DNA from: a virus | Taxonomy: Duplodnaviria > Caudoviricetes | Virus record (IMG/VR): IMGVR_UViG_643348562_000001 | Coordinates: 1 to 64,000 of that record | DNA: 64,000 nucleotides | Strand: one strand, 5' to 3' | In this document: piece after piece, positions 36,906 to 45,817 of the stretch | How the letters are laid out: each line of letters begins with the position of its first letter | Numbering within the stretch: position 1 is the stretch's first letter | The notes under the pieces: generated by a model | What the model was told of the DNA's origin: nothing | Seen by the model: the letters and a program-made list of their open reading frames with translations, nothing else | Database searches by the model: none | Position numbers and translations under genes: made by a program

Positions 36906-37759
36906 TTATCTATTATAGTTCTTATACTATTTAATATAATCTCACAATCAGCTTTAGCTACCTCTCCTTTATTAGAGTGTGCTAAAGAATTGCGCAATGA
37001 ATAAGTGATATCAATCCTTTTTGCTAGACGATAATTAATAACATTTCGATTTCTTAGTTCTTCACCTAGATAATTCAACATTGTATTATTATCTATTTTT
37101 ATATTTTCTCTTTTGCAAAGCGCTATTAAAACTGTTTCTAGAGCAACGCTTAAGGTAGCTGCAGCAGGTAAATATAACTTTCTTTTATAGCATTCTTCTG
37201 CTTGATCCATTTGATATTTAAAGTCATCGTTAAATCCTTTGGCATTAAAGCTCCTTATTAGACCTTCATAATCTAAATGGGAATACGGTGAGATGGTTTC
37301 GTGGTTGTATGAATCAACCTTTGTTTTATTTTCGGTTCTCCAGTTATCGTAGTCCTTCTCCGCTCTGAGTCCTCCTTTATCTTTACTAAATATTTTTGAA
37401 TAGAATTTTTCTATTATAAATATTTTATGTTTTACTAGTTCTGGAAATTTGATTTCAATAAATTTTTCTATTCTCTCATAATTACTAAAATCTACAACTT
37501 TTTCGTATTCAGAGGGCTCTATATCTGTAAAATCATATTCAAGCTTTTCAAAATTATGATTATCAACTATTAACAATGCAGTCTCATAGAAGAATTGTTT
37601 ATCATTAAACTTTAAAATACAGTAGCTAAGATAGTTGCTATATTTTAAAAGAGGAAAAGCCTCGTCATGATGTTCCTTAATGTGATTGAAATTCAATTTA
37701 ATTATTTCTTTGTATCCATTCAAATATTCATCGAGATAATCTTCATTTATATTTGCCAT
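36896..37759 (-). CDS. HEPN (DUF4145-like) domain protein, putative Abi/defence RNase
   Basis: QAEECY..YLPAAATLSVALE..LRNSLAH (Rx4H). Confidence 0.75.
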   Translation of the reverse strand: MANINEDYLDEYLNGYKEIIKLNFNHIKEHHDEAFPLLKYSNYLSYCILKFNDKQFFYETALLIVDNHNFEKLEYDFTDIEPSEYEKVVDFSNYERIEKFIEIKFPELVKHKIFIIEKFYSKIFSKDKGGLRAEKDYDNWRTENKTKVDSYNHETISPYSHLDYEGLIRSFNAKGFNDDFKYQMDQAEECYKRKLYLPAAATLSVALETVLIALCKRENIKIDNNTMLNYLGEELRNRNVINYRLAKRIDITYSLRNSLAHSNKGEVAKADCEIILNSIRTIIDNYF

Positions 37760-37821
37760 ATCCTCATCTCTCTTTCTAAAAATAGCCGACCAGTAGGATA
37801 CTAGTGGTCAGCTAGTGTAAA

Positions 37822-38901
37822 TTATTTAATTGGTAACTCAATAATTTGTTCTTCTGATAAATTCTCTCCGGTTTCATCATCGAAATAAGGCTTTGCTATA
37901 TACGAAATAGAAGAAAGATCATCAACTTTAGTATCTTTTAGTTCATATACAATTTTACCAGTAGATTTAACTGGACCTTTCATTTCAACAACCAAATCTG
38001 AATCAGTTAAAAAACTTGGTTCTACTTGCTCGCCTGAACTTGTCATAAGTTCTGCTTGATCTGCATAATAGTCTGCAGGTGTATTGCCAGTATTCTTTAA
38101 TGTGACATCAAGAATTACAATTTGTGCATTTTCTCCAGCTTTAGTACTACTAAAATTATACTCATTATCTGGTGTAACCTTAATTTCTCCTAATTCTAAA
38201 TTGTTGATAGTTAATTCAGCAGGACCAGCCTGGATTACTTTATTAACATTAGTTTTTTTCTTTGATTTGAAATCATCTAACGGATTTAACGAAGAAGTAT
38301 CTTCATCATTTTCATTATCATCAGTACTTTCTTCCATAGCATTGTCATCTTCTGCTAGTAATTCTAGAGAATCATATTTTATTCCTTCTTTGTCCATAAA
38401 AGCTTTTAATTCGACATCATCTATATCTTTAAGTTGATTTTCCATATCATTGTTTAGCTCTTCGAATTTTTTATCTCCTTCTTCTTCGGACATTTTCCCG
38501 TCATTAACCTTTTTGATGACTTCAGAAGTGGAACTTATAAACTTACCTAATACTTGACCAAATTTAACCATGCTTTCCGATGGTTTTTCATATTTGACAG
38601 GTTCTTTGTTATTATCCAAGAACTTTTTGAAATCTTGAGCTGCAGATTCTACTTTATTACCACTTGTTTCAAAAGTTGCTAGAATACCTTGTACATTACC
38701 CGACTCTGATGATTGTTTAATATTCATTAGTTCTTTCGAATATACATCGATTGTTTTTTGGAACTCTTTTTTAATTTTCTCATCACTTATGTATTTTTCT
38801 TCTTTAGGTTTGCTTGTTGTTTTATTTTCTTGACTGCTTTCTTCTCCACATCCTGCTAAAAGAATACTGATAGCTAATCCACTTGATATTATTTTTTTCA
38901 T
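37822..38901 (-). CDS. Lipoprotein with C-terminal DUF4352-like Ig fold
   Basis: Lipobox LLAG-C; VILDVTLKNTG..GKIVYEL. Confidence 0.8.
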   Translation of the reverse strand: MKKIISSGLAISILLAGCGEESSQENKTTSKPKEEKYISDEKIKKEFQKTIDVYSKELMNIKQSSESGNVQGILATFETSGNKVESAAQDFKKFLDNNKEPVKYEKPSESMVKFGQVLGKFISSTSEVIKKVNDGKMSEEEGDKKFEELNNDMENQLKDIDDVELKAFMDKEGIKYDSLELLAEDDNAMEESTDDNENDEDTSSLNPLDDFKSKKKTNVNKVIQAGPAELTINNLELGEIKVTPDNEYNFSSTKAGENAQIVILDVTLKNTGNTPADYYADQAELMTSSGEQVEPSFLTDSDLVVEMKGPVKSTGKIVYELKDTKVDDLSSISYIAKPYFDDETGENLSEEQIIELPIK

Positions 38902-38913
38902 TTTAATCTCCCA

Positions 38914-39987
38914 TTATATATATTTTTCAACGCAGGATAGAATTATGTCTTTATGGTTAAGTAAATCGAATGGCTTATCGATACTTATAGTTGTTTTTTC
39001 TTCATTATTTAGTACGACTTTACTATTTTTACCTAGATAGGCTCTGGCAATCCATTTCCTTATGTTATTATCTATCAAAATATTAAAATAACTTTGATTA
39101 TCTCTGTAATAAACTCTGTCTGCAGGAATGACATCATTTAGAATCACCTTAATTATCGCATAAGTTTCTAACTCTTCTGGGGTTGTGATAATTTCGGGTT
39201 CAGATTTTTTAATCGAAGAAACGATTTCTTCTTCAGGAAGATCATCTGATATGTTAATTTTGGGGTTTGCTCCAGTATTATTTAGGGCAGCATTTAACTT
39301 ATCAGTAACTTTATCTTTTAACATTAAATTAAATGTATGCTTTACTGTTGGATTAAATCTATCGATTACGGCTTTTGTTTTTACACCTTCATATACATGA
39401 TTAAGGATATGTTTTACGAATTCTTCATTGGGATTTTCTAGCTGTTCATTTAAATAATTTCGAATCAAGTTCACATATTTAAGCTCATACGCAGAACTTG
39501 AAATATTTTCAACATCGAAATTTTCTTTAGTAAACTTAAAAAGCTCTTTTATATGATTTTCTTTCAATTGTAAAATATTAAAAATAAGGAAAGGTTTTGA
39601 ATCCATTTTATTTGGCTCTTCTAAGTCAGTAAAAAATCTGTATTCAATACCATTTGTTAGTATTCCAAACTTAGAAGTGCTGGTTCCGAAGTATCTGAAT
39701 AACTGAGAATCATGATTTGTTAATTTTTCGTTTATAGATTTACACTCTATTAGTATCACAGGTAGTTCGTTATCTATAATTGCATAATCTACTTTTTCCC
39801 CTTTTTTTATACCGACATCTGCAATAAATTCTGGAGTGAATTCTAACGGATTAAACACATCATATCCTAGCGCTTGAAAAAAAGGTAAAACTAATGCAGT
39901 CTTTGTTGCTTCTTCTGTATTAACACTGTCTTTTAACTTTTCAACACGATTAGATAACAACTCTAAATTAGATGTAAACTTTTCCAT
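38914..39987 (-). CDS. Type I restriction enzyme HsdR N-terminal-like PD-(D/E)XK nuclease, stand-alone
   Basis: EEATKTALVLPFFQALGYDVF..EKVDYAI..ILIECK..QLFRYF..ILTNGIEYRFFTD. Confidence 0.85.
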   Translation of the reverse strand: MEKFTSNLELLSNRVEKLKDSVNTEEATKTALVLPFFQALGYDVFNPLEFTPEFIADVGIKKGEKVDYAIIDNELPVILIECKSINEKLTNHDSQLFRYFGTSTSKFGILTNGIEYRFFTDLEEPNKMDSKPFLIFNILQLKENHIKELFKFTKENFDVENISSSAYELKYVNLIRNYLNEQLENPNEEFVKHILNHVYEGVKTKAVIDRFNPTVKHTFNLMLKDKVTDKLNAALNNTGANPKINISDDLPEEEIVSSIKKSEPEIITTPEELETYAIIKVILNDVIPADRVYYRDNQSYFNILIDNNIRKWIARAYLGKNSKVVLNNEEKTTISIDKPFDLLNHKDIILSCVEKYI

Positions 39988-40009
39988 TTAACCATCCCCT
40001 TATATTTAA

Positions 40010-40355
40010 TTATAATTTCTTATTTCTCTTAGATCGCTCTACTAAGAAGGCTCCTTGTTCTAGCAGATTCTGAATAATTCTATCTTGTTCTTCTTTCGGT
40101 AGTTCATTTAAACCTTCGATATGGTTGAAAAACAAAGATTCAACTTTTACATTGTTTAACTTTTCTCTACCATGTAATGCATCCTAAAGAAGTTTCGAAT
40201 ATATCTGCAATTTTCTTTTGAATATTAGCATCAGGAGTTCTTCTATCTTGCTCATAAGAAGCGTATGTTGTTTTTGCTACTCCTAGTTTTTCTGCCATTT
40301 GAGTTTGTGTATAACCATACTGCTTTCTTAATTTTTTTATATTCTGAGCAAACAT
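40010..40355 (-). pseudogene. ImmR/CI-like XRE repressor of P2, broken by +1 base
   Basis: HTH ORF 40167..40355; removing one C at 40183-84 gives 114 aa (..ETSLDALHGRE..RSKRNKKL*). Confidence 0.85.
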
Positions 40356-40377
40356 TTATAACACCACCTATACTTCA

Positions 40378-40492
40378 ATTATACGCAATATGCGTACATT
40401 GACCATAAAAAAACAGAAAATAGTACAAAATGAGTATTTATTATTGACAAAGTACGCGTTTAGTAATAGTATGTAAGTACGCAATATGTATT
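40378..40492. promoter_or_regulatory. P2 genetic switch: promoter and TACGC(A/G)-based operators
   Basis: TTGACA 40444-49, 17 bp, TAGTAT 40467-72; TACGCA-ata-TGCGTA at 40382; related sites at 40453, 40478, 40696. Confidence 0.7.
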
Positions 40493-40508
40493 GCTTGGAG
40501 GTGAGAAG

Positions 40509-40760
40509 ATGAACACGTTAAAATCTTTGCGTAAAAAGCACAATATTACTCAAGAACAGTTAGCAGATGCTGTAGGACTTGCAACCACAACTATTTCGAG
40601 TTACGAGATAGGTCACAGAAACATTACTATTCCAGCTGCTTTAGCGTTAGCTAAATATTTTAATGTAAATTGGACTATTTTTTTTGATGATAAAGTACGC
40701 GAAATGTACGATTTAAAACAAAGTGATAACCAGGCAAGCGACCAAACTCACCTGGTATAA
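40509..40760 (+). CDS. Cro-like XRE regulator
   Basis: LKSLRKKHNITQEQLADAVGLATTTISSYEIG; GGAGGTG RBS. Confidence 0.9.
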   Translation: MNTLKSLRKKHNITQEQLADAVGLATTTISSYEIGHRNITIPAALALAKYFNVNWTIFFDDKVREMYDLKQSDNQASDQTHLV

Positions 40761-40851
40761 ACCATCAATTACACGACCAAATGTAATTGTACGGTGTGAC
40801 CAACACCGTACCTAAAGTATAGACCAAAAGTACGTAAACATTAAAGGCCAA
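40729..40851 (+). repeat. Array of hairpins with GACCA(A) loops
   Basis: GACCAA at 40740, 40775, 40798, 40822 and GGCCAA at 40846; first three are stem-closed. Confidence 0.75.
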
Positions 40852-40875
40852 AAAATATTCAAGGAGAAAACAATT

Positions 40876-41379
40876 ATGAAAACAAGTATACAGAGACATA
40901 GACAAAGAACTCGTAGAACTCAATCACAAGTTGCAGACATGTTACTTACTACTAAACCAAATATCTGCAATATCGAGAAGGGACGTCGCAATATCTCATC
41001 TGAAATCTTAATGACAAGTTACGAAAGAAGTGATGATCCAATTCTAATCAAAGAAATGTCATACGAGTTCTCGAACGGATATACGACACCAGCACCATCA
41101 GAAGTAGTATTTGATGACCATCGTATATGTATAAAAGAGAGGATGCTTAATGAAATACGAGAAGTAATTGATGTTCTCAATCTCTATCGTATTGATAAAC
41201 GCCCTGAATATTGCAGTCAAGAAGACATTGAGAATGTAAGACGTATCGCTAGCGAAACGCAAGATGTGATTTTTGAAGCACAGGCGCTTATCGACAAAAT
41301 CATTATAGATTACCAATTGAATCCACAAGAATTATCTAGAACAAGAAATCAGCGTTACAAAATGGAACGCAGAATCTGA
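40876..41379 (+). CDS. XRE-HTH protein with helical C-terminal domain (cII position)
   Basis: RTQSQVADMLLTTKPNICNIEKGRR. Confidence 0.75.
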   Translation: MKTSIQRHRQRTRRTQSQVADMLLTTKPNICNIEKGRRNISSEILMTSYERSDDPILIKEMSYEFSNGYTTPAPSEVVFDDHRICIKERMLNEIREVIDVLNLYRIDKRPEYCSQEDIENVRRIASETQDVIFEAQALIDKIIIDYQLNPQELSRTRNQRYKMERRI

Positions 41380-41389
41380 GGTGATTTTC

Positions 41390-41950
41390 ATGGATAAAAA
41401 AGCAATTGGAAGAAAAATACAAAGTATTCGATTGAATCTAGGTATGAACACAAGAGAGTTTGGAGAGGAAATACTTAATTCATCAGACAGTCTTGTGAGT
41501 AGATGGGAGAAAGGTAAATCAGTTCCTCGACAAGATAGGTTGAAACGTATTGCTGAACTCGGAAACATAACTGTTGATGAACTTGTCACAACATTAGATT
41601 ATCAATCGCTCTACGAACAAGAAAAACAAAAGAACATAAAAAATGATGCAAGAATAATCGGTCAACGGATCAAAAACATTAGACGCTCAAAAGGGTTGTC
41701 TATGAGGGAGTTCGGAGAGTATTTCGGTGCTCAAAGTGGAGTGGTATCAAATTGGGAAAACGCAAAACAAACTCCAAACAGAAAACGTTTAAAACAAATA
41801 GCGGAATTTGCCGGAATAACTGTCGAAGAACTTACAGACTCAATTGATTACAAGCAGTTATACGAACTTGAATGCAACAGAGCTGAAAGCCTGCAAAATG
41901 AAATCGATAATTTAAAATTACAAATTGATTTATTAAAACGAGGTGATTAA
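41390..41950 (+). CDS. Tandem double-XRE HTH protein
   Basis: Two repeats IG.(K/R)I..IR...G....EFG....S.WE..K..P...RLK.IAE...ITV.EL...DY..LYE. Confidence 0.85.
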   Translation: MDKKAIGRKIQSIRLNLGMNTREFGEEILNSSDSLVSRWEKGKSVPRQDRLKRIAELGNITVDELVTTLDYQSLYEQEKQKNIKNDARIIGQRIKNIRRSKGLSMREFGEYFGAQSGVVSNWENAKQTPNRKRLKQIAEFAGITVEELTDSIDYKQLYELECNRAESLQNEIDNLKLQIDLLKRGD

Positions 41951-42196
41951 ATGTTTGCACCAGAAGTTATTAACAATTTAACAGATGCAATTGCTGAACA
42001 GCTAGAGGACAAACTGACAAAGAAATATCATCCAACAGTTTCGAGAGAAGAAGCTATGGATCTTATAGGTTGTAGCGCTGCAGTATTCAATGAAATAAGA
42101 AAACGAGATGATTTTCAGTTCGTTCATATTGAAGGAATCTCATCGCGTTACAGCACAGCAAACTTAATCGAATGGATTAACGGAAGGAGGAAGTGA
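41951..42196 (+). CDS. Excisionase-like HTH protein
   Basis: VSREEAMDLIGCS..RYSTANLIEWI. Confidence 0.7.
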   Translation: MFAPEVINNLTDAIAEQLEDKLTKKYHPTVSREEAMDLIGCSAAVFNEIRKRDDFQFVHIEGISSRYSTANLIEWINGRRK

Positions 42197-42197
42197 C

Positions 42198-42389
42198 ATG
42201 AAGTATTTAGCGAAGTTATCTTATACATTACTTTATCTGATTTGTACAATTTTCGCATGCTTAGTGGTGTTATTTCTAGCTTTAGGATTTCAAATGCAAC
42301 CAGCACCAAGACTAGGGTTAACAATCATCGTTCAACTTTCATCATTCCTTTTGCTTTCAACTTACAAAGATTTAAAGGAGGTGAGATAG
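42198..42389 (+). CDS. Small membrane protein
   Basis: Two hydrophobic stretches; GGAGG RBS. Confidence 0.7.
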   Translation: MKYLAKLSYTLLYLICTIFACLVVLFLALGFQMQPAPRLGLTIIVQLSSFLLLSTYKDLKEVR

Positions 42390-42509
42390 ATGAGAAAATT
42401 ACAAGCATTAAAAATAGCCCTCTTAATCGTCATCTTGGCGGAGGAGATTAAGAGAGTTAAGAAAACAAAATATGTTGCTGGCTTAGCTCAAGATATTAGA
42501 TACTTTTAA
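42390..42509 (+). CDS. 39-aa KIALLIVILAEEI peptide
   Basis: AGGAGGTG RBS; overlaps antisense terminator 42407-42456. Confidence 0.45.
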   Translation: MRKLQALKIALLIVILAEEIKRVKKTKYVAGLAQDIRYF

Positions 42510-42719
42510 ATTAAACATCTCAGTTTTTGCACACGTTTTACAGACTGTAACGAATACTTCCATACCAACTAACGATGCTGGCTGTGAGATGAGCGGTAAT
42601 GAATGAATTTCATTTGAAAATACTATTTGAGGATTCGAGCAACAAACAGAACGCTCTTGAGATTTAAGGTAACTTTCTATTTTTTTCATTTGACTATCAT
42701 TAAATTTCAAATTTTCCAT
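42483..42719 (-). CDS. 78-aa zinc-ribbon-like moron
   Basis: VCCSNP...VCKTCAKTEMF; AGGAGG RBS. Confidence 0.7.
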   Translation of the reverse strand: MENLKFNDSQMKKIESYLKSQERSVCCSNPQIVFSNEIHSLPLISQPASLVGMEVFVTVCKTCAKTEMFNLKVSNILS

Positions 42720-42782
42720 TATATAACCTCCTTTCTTAATCAGATTAACAAAATTATACAGTAAGAGTTTGCAAAATATAAC

Positions 42783-42796
42783 GGAACATCAGTTCT
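42783..42796. promoter_or_regulatory. Possible LexA box upstream of antirepressor
   Basis: GAAC-ATCA-GTTC core. Confidence 0.4.
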
Positions 42797-42848
42797 AAAG
42801 GAGAAATTATTTTATTCCAAAACATTTATTAATGAAAGAACAGAAAGG

Positions 42849-43619
42849 ATGAAGCAAATGAACACATTAATCAAGATCGAGAATAATTCAGAACTAGGCC
42901 CAGTCGTTAGCAGTAGGATAGTTGCTGAAGAGTTAAGTAGAAGACATTCACATGTAATTAGAGATTTAGAGAAAATTTTACTCGACCCAAATGTGGGCTC
43001 AGTGATTTTTGAATCTAAATACAAAGATGTAACAGGTAGAACGTTAAAAGAGTATTTGTTAACTAAAGACGGATTCATCCTATATATGTTCAACATCCAA
43101 GGTCACAACGACTTCAAAATGGCATATATCAATAGATTCAACGAAATGGAGAAAACATTACAAAACAGATTACCTGGAACATACAAGGAAGCATTATTGC
43201 AGTTAGTTGAACAAGTGGAAGAAAATGAGAAATTACATCTAGAGAATACGATGCAGAAACAACAGATTGGAGAGTTAAAACCGAAAGCGAACTATGTAGA
43301 CACAATTCTTAAAAGTAAGAGCTTAGTTACTATTGGTCAGATCGCAAAAGATTATGGCATGTCTGCTCAAGAGATGAATAAACTGCTTCAACGATTCAAA
43401 ATTCAGTATAAGCAATCAGGACAATGGCTACTTTACTCAAATCATCACGCTAAAGGTTATACGCATTCAGAAACAACTGAGATTACGCATAAAAATGGAA
43501 GTGTTTCAGTGAGAATGCATACGAAATGGACACAGAAAGGTCGTTTATTCCTTTATGAATTCTTGAAACGCAGAGATATTATTCCTGTGATTGAATTTGA
43601 AAGCGAGGAAACTGCATGA
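42849..43619 (+). CDS. Rha-family antirepressor with KilAC/ANT C-terminus
   Basis: VVSSRIVAEE..HSHVIRD..YLLTKDGF..YINRFNEME; IAKDYGMSA..KWTQKGRLFLY. Confidence 0.92.
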   Translation: MKQMNTLIKIENNSELGPVVSSRIVAEELSRRHSHVIRDLEKILLDPNVGSVIFESKYKDVTGRTLKEYLLTKDGFILYMFNIQGHNDFKMAYINRFNEMEKTLQNRLPGTYKEALLQLVEQVEENEKLHLENTMQKQQIGELKPKANYVDTILKSKSLVTIGQIAKDYGMSAQEMNKLLQRFKIQYKQSGQWLLYSNHHAKGYTHSETTEITHKNGSVSVRMHTKWTQKGRLFLYEFLKRRDIIPVIEFESEETA

Positions 43620-43807
43620 AGTTACCTTACTGTAGGCAAGTAGAGTTCGTTAAAGTTGGAAGAGCATTTTTCACGCTTGATGAGTACTACAGATTGATAA
43701 AAGAATACGGACCGCATTGCGATGTTGAGTGGGATTTAGAAAACGACTGCGGAGTTGCTTATTTTACAGAAGTAGTCACTGTAGGAGGTGATAGAAATGC
43801 AGGATAA
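43616..43807 (+). CDS. Hypothetical protein
   Basis: Coupled start, GAGG RBS. Confidence 0.6.
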   Translation: MKLPYCRQVEFVKVGRAFFTLDEYYRLIKEYGPHCDVEWDLENDCGVAYFTEVVTVGGDRNAG

Positions 43808-43928
43808 CTTATCAGAGCTTGAATATTTGGAAAGATTGTATTGTAGCGATGAAGAGGATGAAGATAATTTGAATTGGAACTTAAATCATCAAGAAGATGT
43901 TTATCGTGATCGAGAGTTTAACACATAA
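43797..43928 (+). CDS. 43-aa acidic protein
   Basis: AGGAGGTG RBS; MQDNLSELEYLERLY... Confidence 0.55.
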   Translation: MQDNLSELEYLERLYCSDEEDEDNLNWNLNHQEDVYRDREFNT

Positions 43929-44008
43929 AAAAAGCGCATATCAAGGATACGCGCATCAGATAACAACTCTAACTCATTATATCACATAAAGATGAAGGAG
44001 GAAATAAC

Positions 44009-44950
44009 ATGGCAGAGGTTTTAAGCACAAAGGACATGACTCATGAAGAATGGCTGAAAGCTAGACAGTCAGGTATCGGTGGAAGTGATGCCGGAACTAT
44101 TCTCGGAGTGAATAAGTGGAAATCTAAAACACAACTATTCTTCGAGAAGGTAAATCCAGAATTAAAGCAACAAGTTGACAACGAGTTTATATATTGGGGG
44201 AACGTCCTTGAAGATGTTGTAGCTAAAGAATTTGAAACAAGGACAGGTAAGAAAGTCAGAAAAAACAACAAAATGTTAAGACATCCTGAACATGAATTTA
44301 TGTTAGCAAACTTAGACAGAGTAATAGTAGGTGAAAAGGCATTGCTCGAATGTAAGACTACTTCGCAATACAATATTGATCAATGGAAGGATGACGAGAT
44401 ACCAGCATCGTATCTTTGTCAGATTCAGCACTACATGGCAGTTACAGGATATGAAAAAGCATATATCGCAGTTTTATGTGGTGGTAATCAGTTCATTTGG
44501 AAGGAAGTGCCGCGTGACGATGAATTGATTGGAATTATCATCAATGCTGAAAAGGACTTCTGGTATAACAACGTTCTTGCAGGCGTTATTCCTGAAATAG
44601 ATGGAAGTGATGCAACTAAAAATTTCTTGAATCATATGTATAAAGATATCGATGAAACCGAAGTTCAGTTAAGTGATGATGTCGAAACATTATTAACTGC
44701 ATTAGAACAAGTTAAGCAAGAAGAAAAAGAACTTAAAGAACTTAAAACGCAATATGAAAACAAAATAAAGCACATACTAGGCAACAACTTAGCAGGTAAA
44801 ACAAGTGGATATCAGATTACCTGGAAACCACAAGTAAGAAAGACTCTGGATACTAAGAAGATTCGAGAAATTTATGGAGAACAATTAGACCCTTATTACA
44901 AAGAAACAGAAACTAGAGTATTAAAAATCAAACAAATCAAAGGAGCGTAA
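44009..44950 (+). CDS. YqaJ-like viral recombinase exonuclease
   Basis: WLKARQSGIGGSDA..ANLDR..LECKT..QIQHYMAV. Confidence 0.95.
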   Translation: MAEVLSTKDMTHEEWLKARQSGIGGSDAGTILGVNKWKSKTQLFFEKVNPELKQQVDNEFIYWGNVLEDVVAKEFETRTGKKVRKNNKMLRHPEHEFMLANLDRVIVGEKALLECKTTSQYNIDQWKDDEIPASYLCQIQHYMAVTGYEKAYIAVLCGGNQFIWKEVPRDDELIGIIINAEKDFWYNNVLAGVIPEIDGSDATKNFLNHMYKDIDETEVQLSDDVETLLTALEQVKQEEKELKELKTQYENKIKHILGNNLAGKTSGYQITWKPQVRKTLDTKKIREIYGEQLDPYYKETETRVLKIKQIKGA

Positions 44951-44955
44951 TAATT

Positions 44956-45786
44956 ATGGCAACTACTGAATCATTAAAACAACAGGTACAAACTACACAA
45001 CAAAATCAAGTGGCAAATCAACCGAAACCTCAGACGATTGATGATTACATGAAGAAGATGGCACCGGCAATGGCACAAGCGTTACCAAAGCATATGGATA
45101 TTGATCGTTTAACACGTTTAGCAATGACTACAATCAGAACAACTCCTGCATTAAAAGATGCAGATGTAGGAAGTCTACTTGGAGCAGTGATGCAAGCAGC
45201 ACAACTTGGACTAGAGCCTGGATTGATGGGTCATTGCTACTTACTGCCTTTTAACAATAAAAATAAAGGCATTAAAGAAGTTCAGTTCATTATCGGATAT
45301 AAAGGCATGATTGATCTAGCACGAAGAAGCGGTCATATCAAATCAATCTATGCACATGCAGTATATAGTAACGATGAATTTGATTATGAACTAGGATTAG
45401 AAAGCAAGTTAGTTCACAAACCGACGATGGAGCCTGATAAAGGAGAATTTATTGGTGCTTATGCGGTAGCGCATTTTAAAGATGGTGGATATCAATTTGA
45501 ATTTATGAGTAAGGCAGACATTGAAAAGCGTAAAGGTAGAAGTAAAGCTGCAAACTCTAAATTCAGTCCTTGGACATCAGATTATGAAGAGATGGCCAAG
45601 AAAACTGTTGTTCGTCATATGTGGAAGTATTTGCCGATTAGCGTAGAAGTGCAGCAACAAGTTGCTTATGACGAAGGTACAGGTAAGGATATCAGCAAGA
45701 TTAAAGACGTCACACCTGATGACACGTTGCTTGAAGCACCAGACTATGAATTGCTGGATATCACAGATGAAAATACGGAGGGGTAA
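44956..45786 (+). CDS. recT: RecT recombinase
   Basis: SLLGAVMQAAQLGLEP..CYLLPF..IGYKGMIDLARRSG..EMAKKTV. Confidence 0.96.
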   Translation: MATTESLKQQVQTTQQNQVANQPKPQTIDDYMKKMAPAMAQALPKHMDIDRLTRLAMTTIRTTPALKDADVGSLLGAVMQAAQLGLEPGLMGHCYLLPFNNKNKGIKEVQFIIGYKGMIDLARRSGHIKSIYAHAVYSNDEFDYELGLESKLVHKPTMEPDKGEFIGAYAVAHFKDGGYQFEFMSKADIEKRKGRSKAANSKFSPWTSDYEEMAKKTVVRHMWKYLPISVEVQQQVAYDEGTGKDISKIKDVTPDDTLLEAPDYELLDITDENTEG

Positions 45787-45817
45787 GACCCTCCATTCTT
45801 TTAGAAAGGAGTAAGTT

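Noticed and set aside
34938-42200. Arbitrium-type peptide signalling
   Set aside because: No TPR-rich AimR/Rap-like receptor and no short secreted peptide gene next to one.
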